A DNA stretch of 64,000 nt from the NCBI GenBank assembly GCA_051010635.1, contig JBPCVJ010000002.1, positions 14,848 to 78,847 on the forward strand. The letters run 5' to 3'. The stretch's first letter is position 1. Each line of letters begins with the position of its first letter. Shown here in pieces: positions 41,791 through 50,488 of the stretch. The translations under genes and the position numbers were made by a program. The DNA comes from Alphaproteobacteria bacterium (GTDB lineage: Bacteria > Pseudomonadota > Alphaproteobacteria > JASGCL01). The notes beneath the pieces were generated by a model, which was given only the letters and a program-made list of their open reading frames with translations, did not search any database and was not told the origin of the DNA.

Positions 41791-42120
41791 TTGGTGGTTA
41801 AAAAATGGTTGAAAAAAAATACTGGTTCTGTTAAAAAAAATTCTATGCAGATATTACAAAAAACTATCAGACGGGTGAGGCGAATACAAACCATTGATAG
41901 AATCATTCATAAAATTAGTGATAAAAAAATTGATAACATTCTTTCTTCGCCCTTCATTAAAAAAATGGGGCAAAATATAAAACATTCTTTACCAAGTTAT
42001 TTTTGGGGGGATAATTGGTTACCAACACATATTTCACAATGGAGTATCAATATGACGCTTCAATCAATTGAGGCTTTGCCCGAATCGTTGCTTAATATCA
42101 TTAAAAAAAATGAAATATAA
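41791..42120 (+). CDS. Hypothetical basic protein (109 aa)
   Basis: ORF only; Lys/Arg-rich N-terminus; no motif recognised. Confidence 0.3.
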   Translation: MVVKKWLKKNTGSVKKNSMQILQKTIRRVRRIQTIDRIIHKISDKKIDNILSSPFIKKMGQNIKHSLPSYFWGDNWLPTHISQWSINMTLQSIEALPESLLNIIKKNEI

Positions 42121-42913
42121 TTTAGATCACCTAAATCAACCAGAAAATCAAATCGTGGAAGGTCCTATCCAAGATGATGATGCGTTATTTTTGTTTGCTA
42201 TCATAAGATCTATGGAAATAAGACGCATATTAGAAATTGGTGGATTATCAGGTTATTCGGCAACAAATTTTTTAAAAGCTTTTCGTGAACCAAGTCAATC
42301 GGTGGTTTATACGGTGGATCGCAAGCCTGTTCCCAAAATTGCCGATAACCATCAAGTCATTGTAAAGGATGCAAGATATATCACCATGCAAGATATTGGC
42401 AATCAGCCGCTTGATATGATTTTTTTTGATTGCCATGATTATTATGTGCAAATGGCAATATATAATAATTTTGTCAAAAATGGCATCATCACCAATAAAA
42501 CGCTTTTGGTATTGCACGACACCGATACCATTAAAGTAAAACCCGATGAATTGCCACATAGCAAAAAAAGAAAATATTGGAATAAGCGCGAAAGACTCCT
42601 ACATGATTATTCATTGCCACCAGATAAAAAAAATGGCGAATATCTAGAATGCGCCCATCAACCAGTTGAGCGTGATATGGTAAATAAATTAACTTCTTTG
42701 GGTTATCACCCATTTTCGTTGCATGGTATCAAGCAAAATATAACTAGCAAAAAACCCTATACCTATGGCACCACGGTGATGCAAAAATTTAAAAAATTAC
42801 CCTTGCCCAAACAATATCTACGAATAAGAAAAAGAACAATGTGGCTAAAAAAAAATGCCTATTTTTTATATAAACCCTTGCGGAAAATTTATAAAAAAAT
42901 TCAAAAAAAATAA
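42110..42913 (+). CDS. Class I SAM-dependent methyltransferase, CmcI/O-methyltransferase-family-3-like
   Basis: Motif I ILEIGGLSGYSA, then DMIFFDCHDYYVQMAIYNNFVKNGIITNKTLLVLHDTD (the D-x-IF-x-D-x-H-x-Y ... VVDD pattern of the CmcI family). Start at MKYNLDHL (42110). Lys-rich C-terminal 80 aa. Confidence 0.6.
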   Translation: MKYNLDHLNQPENQIVEGPIQDDDALFLFAIIRSMEIRRILEIGGLSGYSATNFLKAFREPSQSVVYTVDRKPVPKIADNHQVIVKDARYITMQDIGNQPLDMIFFDCHDYYVQMAIYNNFVKNGIITNKTLLVLHDTDTIKVKPDELPHSKKRKYWNKRERLLHDYSLPPDKKNGEYLECAHQPVERDMVNKLTSLGYHPFSLHGIKQNITSKKPYTYGTTVMQKFKKLPLPKQYLRIRKRTMWLKKNAYFLYKPLRKIYKKIQKK

Positions 42914-42917
42914 TCAT

Positions 42918-44969
42918 TCATTCTTGTAATTCTAATCGCCAATAGATGATGGTTTTTCCCGGTGCGGTTTGCCCTGATAACATCATCACTTGGCAAGGTT
43001 CTTTGATAAAATTATTCAAAAAAAATCCTTTGGTCAAAGAAAGGGTTGCCCCCCTTGCCAACAATCGCCCACCCGATTTATCGCTTGATTGCAAAAAAAC
43101 CTCTTGCAATGATGTCATCTTACTTTCTAATTTTTTATCAGGATGTTCACTAAAAATAAGCGGTTCAATAATCACCCCGCCCATATTCTGTTTGTTGCCC
43201 TTTATATTATCCTTATCATGGTTTTTTAGCGATCTCTGCCAATGCTGTTCCAAATCACTAATATGCGAATCGCTTTTGCCAAAAGCCTTCACCGCGGGCG
43301 ATAATGGCAATAGCAAAAAAAAATCCATACCACCAGGGGCGATAATTGTTTCCATCACCTTGATAGAAACCTTGCCCGATGTAGGTTTTGGCATAAATAT
43401 TCTTCTTTCCACCATCAGCCGTTGATATTTTTTATCACCCGCTAAAGCACCTAATTTTTTTTCAAGATTTTTTCCGCCATCAAAAAATTTTTTCCCCACC
43501 AACATCTTACCATTTGGCAATAAAAATTTTTGGCAACTGGCAAAATGCCATCCGCCTTTCAATGCAGAATCTATTTCATAAAATTGTATATCATTACCAA
43601 AATAATAAAAATTTTTATTATCAAACCATTTTTTCCACAACAAAGGTTTAAGCATTTTTTCCACCACCTGCCCCATAGCCCCTGCTTTGGCTGGCTGGCT
43701 AGGCAACCACACCCCCGATTCAATAAAAGATTTTTTCTTAAACACCACATCAAAATTCATCATCAAATGGTTATTAATATTTTGGTGTTTTTGCCCCCCC
43801 ACCGCATCAAGGTTATGATGATACCGCCATTTTTGCCAGGGCAATATCATCGGCAATGATTTTTTCATAACCATCTGCGTTGGTTTTTTTATCTTATCAT
43901 GCCCCACCATTGATAAAATAAATTGCCTATCGCTTAACATTAATGGCACATGGGAAAGCCTAACATGTTTGGGCGGAATTTTTGGCATGGTAATTTTTAT
44001 TGACCGCAATTGGTCGTCTATTCTTTCTAAAACTTCACGATAGATCGGGTAATGGTCGCGTAATTGATAATAAAGTTTTTTATCCATCGCCATCTGCAAA
44101 CTATAACGCCAATTTTGTAAAGATTGGCTGATAATTTTTTCATATGTGGCATCAGCACTATTCAATAACCAATGGGTTAGGCTAGCCAAATTCAACAGCA
44201 TCAAAAAAGGCGATGCCATAGGCATCCGCCGATCGGTAGCAAGGTCAAGCAATTCCAAAAGATGATAATGAATTTTTTTACTACGCAACCAAAACACCAC
44301 AGGCAATTCGGCTGGGGATTTTTTTCTTACCATTTTGCGTTGTTGCTCGGCACGATAAAATATATCCAAATGGGTCAAGGCGAATGCTTGATGCAAAGCC
44401 GTTAGATGATATATTTCATAAGTTTTTTTAAAAAATGGCAAAGGAATTTTTTTTTGCATTATCGGCATCAAGTGATCAATGGCTTGTTGTCGCCATTTAC
44501 CCACATCGGCACGCGCCGCATTGTCATCTATGGTGGTTATATCAATCGCTACTATGGAACGCAAAATTAACCCCGCCAATATAGTTATCACCAATCTATC
44601 CACCGCTGGCTGGTGGGATAATATCATATCAACCATTTTATCTTGGCATGGCAACAGATGGTATTTTTTTTGTGCCGACATATCGGTCATATCCAAAGGA
44701 TATCGTTGTGGCAAAATTGCCAAATGCTGTGGCGACAAGTAAGGCAAATGCGATAGGCTGAGGTTTAAAAAATCATAAAAAGATGGTAGAGGAAAATCCA
44801 CCATCTTATCATGGTGGGGGTTATCAACCCCACCCAACCCCAAATCACCAAAAAGATTATCGGGGGTTAATATCACCCTTTCCAATTTTTCAAATAATGA
44901 TTCATTACCCAAAAAAACCGCAGGGGCTATAGCTAAAGAAATCGCCAGAGGTTTTTTTTCTATCACCAT
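42918..44969 (-). CDS. Large conserved hypothetical protein (683 aa), downstream of ubiG and co-oriented with it
   Basis: Long intact ORF separated from the ubiG stop by 22 nt. No TM segments and no motif I can assign. Confidence 0.5.
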   Translation of the reverse strand: MVIEKKPLAISLAIAPAVFLGNESLFEKLERVILTPDNLFGDLGLGGVDNPHHDKMVDFPLPSFYDFLNLSLSHLPYLSPQHLAILPQRYPLDMTDMSAQKKYHLLPCQDKMVDMILSHQPAVDRLVITILAGLILRSIVAIDITTIDDNAARADVGKWRQQAIDHLMPIMQKKIPLPFFKKTYEIYHLTALHQAFALTHLDIFYRAEQQRKMVRKKSPAELPVVFWLRSKKIHYHLLELLDLATDRRMPMASPFLMLLNLASLTHWLLNSADATYEKIISQSLQNWRYSLQMAMDKKLYYQLRDHYPIYREVLERIDDQLRSIKITMPKIPPKHVRLSHVPLMLSDRQFILSMVGHDKIKKPTQMVMKKSLPMILPWQKWRYHHNLDAVGGQKHQNINNHLMMNFDVVFKKKSFIESGVWLPSQPAKAGAMGQVVEKMLKPLLWKKWFDNKNFYYFGNDIQFYEIDSALKGGWHFASCQKFLLPNGKMLVGKKFFDGGKNLEKKLGALAGDKKYQRLMVERRIFMPKPTSGKVSIKVMETIIAPGGMDFFLLLPLSPAVKAFGKSDSHISDLEQHWQRSLKNHDKDNIKGNKQNMGGVIIEPLIFSEHPDKKLESKMTSLQEVFLQSSDKSGGRLLARGATLSLTKGFFLNNFIKEPCQVMMLSGQTAPGKTIIYWRLELQE

Positions 44970-44990
44970 AATCTATTGCAATGTTGTTGT

Positions 44991-45782
44991 TTAAAAACTG
45001 GCGGTTAAAAAATAATTAACCTTAAAATTATTTTTTGACAAGGCAGTTTTTTTTAATAAAGGATTATACAAAAGCCCCGTCAAATCTTTTGGCAATAACC
45101 CTGCCAGACGACAATAACCACTCAATTCTTCGGGGCGAACAAATTGCCGATATTGATGCGTGCCTTTTGGCAAAAGATGCAAAATATATTCTGCCCCAAC
45201 AATTGCCAACAAAAAAGAATTGAGATTACGATTGATGGTTGAAAATATCACCAAGCCATCAGGTTTAACCAATTGAGCAATGTTTGCCACAAATTTTTTT
45301 CCATCCATCACATGTTCAATCACCTCCATCGCCAACACCATATCAAATGCCGCCAGATTTTTTTTATCGGCTAATAATATCTCAGGTGTTGCCACATCAA
45401 AGGTCAAACCATCATAGAATTTTTGTTTTGCCTGATAGGTGCGTGCCACCTTGATAGTGGTTGGCTCGGCATCTATACCAAGCACCACCCCCCCCCATTG
45501 ATATAAAGCCACCGATAACAACCCACCGCCACAGCCAATATCAAGAATTTTTTTGCCCGCTATACCATGACCACAATGTGCCTGCCATTGCTGTTGAATA
45601 TAATCGCACCTGATAGGATTCAATTCATGCAAAGGGCGAAACGCCCCATCGGGGCGCCACCATTCCTCAGCCATAGTTTGAAATTTTGCCAATTCATCAT
45701 CGCTGATATTATTGGTAAATGATGATGAATCGCCCTTAGCACCATATAATTTATTTTTTGTATTTTTTTTCGCCCGTGCCAT
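44991..45782 (-). CDS. ubiG: Bifunctional 3-demethylubiquinol 3-O-methyltransferase / 2-polyprenyl-6-hydroxyphenol methylase
   Basis: UbiG N-terminal region EEWWRPDGAFRPLHELNPIRCDYI and SAM motif I KILDIGCGGGLLS. Divergent from lysC, a conserved alphaproteobacterial arrangement. Confidence 0.9.
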   Translation of the reverse strand: MARAKKNTKNKLYGAKGDSSSFTNNISDDELAKFQTMAEEWWRPDGAFRPLHELNPIRCDYIQQQWQAHCGHGIAGKKILDIGCGGGLLSVALYQWGGVVLGIDAEPTTIKVARTYQAKQKFYDGLTFDVATPEILLADKKNLAAFDMVLAMEVIEHVMDGKKFVANIAQLVKPDGLVIFSTINRNLNSFLLAIVGAEYILHLLPKGTHQYRQFVRPEELSGYCRLAGLLPKDLTGLLYNPLLKKTALSKNNFKVNYFLTASF

Positions 45783-45944
45783 ATTGCCCCCATATTGAAT
45801 GATATAAATCGCTACCGACCTTTTTTATAAAATTGTTGCAACAATTCGCTTGAATAATCAAGAGAGACTGGTTAAAAGCAAACAGCGATTTTTTTATAGC
45901 CTATTTTTTTATAACTGCAATTATCCCTCTTAAATTATTATCAA

Positions 45945-47264
45945 ATGGCAAAAAACACAAAAAAACATAATACCAATATAAAAAAAACTATCTTGGTCAA
46001 AAAATTTGGCGGTACATCGCTTGGCAATAAACAACGCATCCATGCCACAGCCAATATTATCAAGCATTTTTATCACACCAGCAATGATGGTTTATGTATT
46101 GTGGTATCGGCTATGGCAAAAGAAACCGACCGACTAGTATCGCTGGTGGCGGATATTTTAGAACATGACAAATTTTTTCATCGCACCCGTGAATATGATG
46201 CGGTGGTGGCATCGGGCGAAAATGTCAGCGCAGGTTTATTGGCACTTGCCCTAAATCATATCGGCATCAAGGCAAAATCATGGCAAGGTTTTCAAATCCC
46301 GATTGAAACCGATGACCAGCATGGTATGGCACGCATCACATCAATCAATATAACGGCAATAAAAAAATCTATCCTTAATGGCGAGGTGGCAGTGATAACT
46401 GGGTTTCAAGGCATCAACCATCAAGGATCTATCACCACCTTAGGGCGGGGCGGGTCAGACACATCGGCAGTGGCAATGGCGGTGGCACTTGGGGCAAGGC
46501 GGTGCGATATCTATACCGATGTTGATGGCGTTTATCGCATTGACCCAAAATGGCTGATGGCGGCAAAAAAAATCCCTGCCATTGCATATGAAGAAATGTT
46601 AGAAATGGCATCTTTGGGGTCGGGGGTATTGCACGCCCGTTCGGTTGAATTGGCAATGAAATGCAAAATGCCTTTACAAGTTTTATCAAGTTTTGTAGAA
46701 CCAAAAAACCCCAATGCCAAAAAAAATGGCACGATGGTGCTTGATGAAAAATCTATTACAAAAAATATGAAAAATAATATCGAAGAAAAACTTATCACCG
46801 CTGTGGCAGTTGATAACCAAGAAGCCAAAGTTACGATTTATAAAATCAAAAACCAACCGGGTATGGCGGCTATCATATTTGGTTTATTGGCAGATGCCAA
46901 TATCAATGTTGATATGATTATTCAATCGGGCTCGCACCACGAAAGGGGCGATGAATTTTCTGACATCACCTTTACCTTGCCACGCCAAGAATTAGCCCAT
47001 GGGGTCAAGGTGCTTGAACAAAATCAAACCGCTATCGGTTATGAAGATATTTTAGCCGATGCCGATGTAGCAAAAATTTCCATCATTGGTGTGGGTATGA
47101 GGTCATCGCCAGGGGTGGCAAAAACTATGTTTGCCACATTGGCAAGTGCTGATATCAATATCGAAGCCATTGCCACCAGCGAAATAAAAATCAGCGTGCT
47201 GGTGAAGGAATCCCATGCCCCCCGTGCGGCAAAATTACTGCATAAGGCTTTTCATTTGGGATAA
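45945..47264 (+). CDS. lysC: Aspartate kinase
   Basis: LVKKFGGTSLG kinase N-terminus and two C-terminal ACT domains (..AKVTIYKIKNQPGMAAIIFGLLADANINVDMI.. and ..ISIIGVGMRSSPGVAKTMFATLA..). Confidence 0.9.
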   Translation: MAKNTKKHNTNIKKTILVKKFGGTSLGNKQRIHATANIIKHFYHTSNDGLCIVVSAMAKETDRLVSLVADILEHDKFFHRTREYDAVVASGENVSAGLLALALNHIGIKAKSWQGFQIPIETDDQHGMARITSINITAIKKSILNGEVAVITGFQGINHQGSITTLGRGGSDTSAVAMAVALGARRCDIYTDVDGVYRIDPKWLMAAKKIPAIAYEEMLEMASLGSGVLHARSVELAMKCKMPLQVLSSFVEPKNPNAKKNGTMVLDEKSITKNMKNNIEEKLITAVAVDNQEAKVTIYKIKNQPGMAAIIFGLLADANINVDMIIQSGSHHERGDEFSDITFTLPRQELAHGVKVLEQNQTAIGYEDILADADVAKISIIGVGMRSSPGVAKTMFATLASADINIEAIATSEIKISVLVKESHAPRAAKLLHKAFHLG

Positions 47265-47303
47265 AAACTACCTCAAAATAGCAATTATTTTTTTGTAATT
47301 TTT

Positions 47304-48788
47304 GTGAACATTGCTATAAGTATCTATATGAAAAATAAATTATTCTATGGCGATTGCTTGTCAGTTATGCAAGATAAAATGAAACCAGAATCGATTGATT
47401 TAATTTATCTTGACCCGCCTTTCAATTCTAACAAAACCTATAATGTAATTTATAAAGATAGCACAGGGCGACCATTGCCAGAAAATGTTGAAGCCTTTTG
47501 CGATATGTGGGAAATTGATGACGAGAAAGAACGCATTATTCAAAAAATGCCTATTCTAATGATGAAAAGTGGCATAGATAAATCAGCGGCAGAATTATGG
47601 CAATTGTGGATGCAGGCTTTAAGGAATACCCAACCAAAACTATTAGCATATCTTGCCTATATGACCGAACGGCTTTTACAAATGAAATTAATCTTAAAAC
47701 CAACAGGAAGTTTTTTTTATCATTGCGACCCAACCGCTAGCCATTATATCAAAATTATACTTGACGCAATTTTTGGACATCAAAATTTTACCAATGAAAT
47801 TGTTTGGTGTTATAAATCAGGCGGTGCAAGTTCATATTATTTTGCAAAAAAACATGATATTATTTTCTATTATAGAATGTCAAAGGAAAATTTTACTTAT
47901 AACAATGAAAAAGAAAAAAGTTATATGGGCAAAAATTATAAAACGGGTAATAAAAAAGTTAAATTATATAATGACAATAAAGGAATCTATACTTTAGTTA
48001 ATCCCAAAGATTGGTGGCAAATATCAATGATGGCGACCTCATCAAAAAAGCGAATGGGCTATGATACTGAAAAACCGCCTGCACTGCTTGAAAAAATTAT
48101 AAAAGCAAGTAGCAATGAAGAAGATATTATATTTGATCCATTTTGTGGTTGTGCCACTACACTTATTTCGGCACATAAATTAAATAGACAATGGGTAGGA
48201 ATTGATATTGCTTATCACGCCATAGATAAAATTTCACGAAATAGATTGTCACGAGATAACGCCCTAGCTGAAGGGATAGATTATGAAATTGATGGCATAC
48301 CAAACACGATGGAATCGGCAATGGCTCTGTGGGAAAAAGATAAATATCAATTTCAAAAATTTTTTGTTGAATATATTGGCGGTTTTGTAAGTAGCAAAAA
48401 AAGCAATGATGGTGGAGTTGATGGAGTGCTTTATTGGGCTGATGAAGGCAATACAAAAAATTTGCATAAAATGATAATTGAAGTTAAAGGCGGTGAAAAT
48501 ATAGCAAAAAGCGTCATAAGAGATTTGAGAGGAACAATGGAAAAAACAGGGGCACAGATGGCAGGGTTGATAGTAAGAGATATAGGCGATATTCAAAAAA
48601 GAAATTTTATACAAGAAATGGCACAGGCAGGCGATTATCAAGGCAAGAGGGAACGACCCTATACAAGAATGCAACTACTTACCATAGACGAAATTATAGC
48701 AGGCAAAAGATTTGATACCCCCGACCCCGAAAACATAACCATCAAAGGTGCAAAACAAGGTGTCTTACCTGTGGGCGATACCCGATAA
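47304..48788 (+). CDS. Beta-class (N6-adenine/N4-cytosine) DNA methyltransferase fused to a C-terminal Mrr-like PD-(D/E)xK restriction-endonuclease domain
   Basis: Motif IV LIYLDPPF near the N-terminus and motif I IFDPFCGCATTLISAHKLNRQWVGIDI near residue 280 (beta-class order). The C-terminal 190 aa contain SNDGGVDGVLYWADEG..(x)..KMIIEVKGGENIAKSVIRDLRGTMEKTGAQMAGLIV, matching the Mrr catalytic pattern DGGID ... (Q/E)xK ... vr.l.g. Confidence 0.75.
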   Translation: MNIAISIYMKNKLFYGDCLSVMQDKMKPESIDLIYLDPPFNSNKTYNVIYKDSTGRPLPENVEAFCDMWEIDDEKERIIQKMPILMMKSGIDKSAAELWQLWMQALRNTQPKLLAYLAYMTERLLQMKLILKPTGSFFYHCDPTASHYIKIILDAIFGHQNFTNEIVWCYKSGGASSYYFAKKHDIIFYYRMSKENFTYNNEKEKSYMGKNYKTGNKKVKLYNDNKGIYTLVNPKDWWQISMMATSSKKRMGYDTEKPPALLEKIIKASSNEEDIIFDPFCGCATTLISAHKLNRQWVGIDIAYHAIDKISRNRLSRDNALAEGIDYEIDGIPNTMESAMALWEKDKYQFQKFFVEYIGGFVSSKKSNDGGVDGVLYWADEGNTKNLHKMIIEVKGGENIAKSVIRDLRGTMEKTGAQMAGLIVRDIGDIQKRNFIQEMAQAGDYQGKRERPYTRMQLLTIDEIIAGKRFDTPDPENITIKGAKQGVLPVGDTR

Positions 48789-48858
48789 AAAAAACCTTGC
48801 CAAAAAAACTATTTTGGCTTATAATGTTAAAAGACAATAAAAAAAGAGGTTATTATTT

Positions 48859-49338
48859 ATGTTCAAAAAACAAGAACCGATGCAATATTTTCGTCAAGAG
48901 GAAAACTATATTGGCGATGAAAAACCTATCATTATGGTGGATAAAACCGATGGCGAATCAGATGCGGTGATAGATATTTCTGACCCATCGCAAACCGACA
49001 CAAATGATGGAATGAAAGAAATTATTAGCCAACCCTTGAATAACAATACTGCCCAACCTGCATCAGGCGGGGATTTGATAGGCGATGAGTGGTTGAATAG
49101 TTCTGAAATTGTAAGCGACAATGCCCGTGCCCTATCAGAAAGTGCTATCAATCAGGTGCGTCAAGCGATACGTGATCGCGGCATCGTGGCGGGCGGTATC
49201 AATATCGGGCGGGGCGACATCACCATTGAACAGATCGTGCGTGAATCGGTGCGCCCCTATTTAAAATCATGGGTTGACCATAATTTGGAATCCATTGTTA
49301 AAGAAGTGATGCGGCGTGAAATGGCGCGTTTTGGTTAA
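48859..49338 (+). CDS. PopZ-like polar organising protein (DUF2497 C-terminal domain)
   Basis: Acidic, low-complexity middle. The C-terminus ITIEQIVRESVRPYLKSWVDHNLESIVKEVMRREMARF matches the PopZ C-terminal consensus (LEDLVRE.LRP.LKEWLD.NLP.LVE..V..E..R). Good RBS (AGAGG) 9 nt upstream. Confidence 0.6.
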   Translation: MFKKQEPMQYFRQEENYIGDEKPIIMVDKTDGESDAVIDISDPSQTDTNDGMKEIISQPLNNNTAQPASGGDLIGDEWLNSSEIVSDNARALSESAINQVRQAIRDRGIVAGGINIGRGDITIEQIVRESVRPYLKSWVDHNLESIVKEVMRREMARFG

Positions 49339-49368
49339 AAAAATTTTCTCTTTTGAATAATTAATGGA

Positions 49369-50001
49369 ATGATTGATGCTATCCCCGCCCCGTCAAACAA
49401 TTGGCAAAGGCGGTTGGAAAAACCTAGCATCATTGTTATCCATTACACCGACACCGAACATCTAAAAGATAGTTTAGCATTATTGCGATCGGTTGAAAAA
49501 AAAGTCAGTTGCCATATAGTGATCGATGTTGATGGCACCATCTACCGACTGGTTGATGATGACAAAACCGCATGGCATGCGGGGGTAAGTTATTGGCGGG
49601 GGCTGTATAACATCAACCACCATTCTTTGGGGGTGGAATTACAAAATGGCGGGGTGCGGTATAAAAAACCAAATGGCGATATGGTTGATTATCCCGAAAA
49701 ACAAATTTTATCTTTGATAACATTATTACAATATTGGCAAAAAAAATTTTCTATTGCCGCGCATAATATTATCGGTCATAGCGATATTGCCGCCAACCGC
49801 AAATGCGACCCCGGACCAAAATTCCCTTGGCACAAATTGGTAGAAAAAAACTTGGCTGAAGATATGACCGCACACCAATCTATTCTTGATTTACCCGATG
49901 ACTTGGCAAAAAAAAAATTATGCGATTTGGGCTATGACCCCAAACTACCAATTGAAACATTACGGCGTGCTTTTATGTTGAGATTGGGCTTGCAAAATTA
50001 A
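49369..50001 (+). CDS. ampD: N-acetylmuramoyl-L-alanine amidase, AmpD/amidase_2 family
   Basis: IVIHYTDTE, then AWHAGVSYWRG ... NHHSLGVELQNGG and a downstream CDPGPKFP (zinc-binding His/Cys layout of PGRP/AmpD). Confidence 0.8.
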   Translation: MIDAIPAPSNNWQRRLEKPSIIVIHYTDTEHLKDSLALLRSVEKKVSCHIVIDVDGTIYRLVDDDKTAWHAGVSYWRGLYNINHHSLGVELQNGGVRYKKPNGDMVDYPEKQILSLITLLQYWQKKFSIAAHNIIGHSDIAANRKCDPGPKFPWHKLVEKNLAEDMTAHQSILDLPDDLAKKKLCDLGYDPKLPIETLRRAFMLRLGLQN

Positions 50002-50023
50002 AAAAAAACTTGCAAAATAAAAA

Positions 50024-50382
50024 AGCCGTGGCTCGGCGATTGCAAATATGATAAATATTTGAGGAAAGTCGGGGCTTCGTTTTGGAATCCATTCCGCCTA
50101 ACTGGCGGCGGCATTGTTGGCGACGGCAATGTTAGTGAAAGTGTCACAGAAAATAACCGCCATCATGATGGTAAGGGTGAAAAGGTGGAGTAAGTGCCCA
50201 CCGCCATTTTAGCAATAGAATGGGCAAAGACAAACCAAATGGGAAGCAAGACCAAATAGGACTATCTTATAACTTTAATTCCAAAAAGTTGATAGTCGGG
50301 TTGGTCGCAAGACAATGGTGGCAACGCCATTGCTAGATGAATAATCGCCCAATACAGAACCCCGCTTATGAGCCACGGTATT
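50024..50382 (+). ncRNA. rnpB: RNase P RNA (bacterial type A)
   Basis: P1 pairing agccgtggctc (50024-) with gagccacggt (-50379); P4 signature gaggaaagtcggggcttcg; conserved aagggtgaaaaggtg and acagaaccccgcttat; U-rich tail 50390-50405. Confidence 0.85.
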
Positions 50383-50488
50383 TATTGTAACTACCTTTTT
50401 TGTTTTATCTTATAAAAAAATGTTTTTTTTATTGCAAATGGTGTTAAAAATGCATTAGCTTAACTATAATAGATTTATAAAAAACATC

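Noticed and set aside
42946-43425. 159-aa plus-strand ORF inside the 683-aa minus-strand gene
   Set aside because: Antisense to a long intact ORF. No motif, and no independent start or RBS context.
50024-50382. Possibility that this structured RNA is tmRNA or a riboswitch
   Set aside because: It carries RNase P-specific P4 (GAGGAAAGTC..GGGC), AGGGTGAAANGGTG and ACAGAACCC motifs. There is no tRNA-like 3' CCA domain and no tag reading frame.
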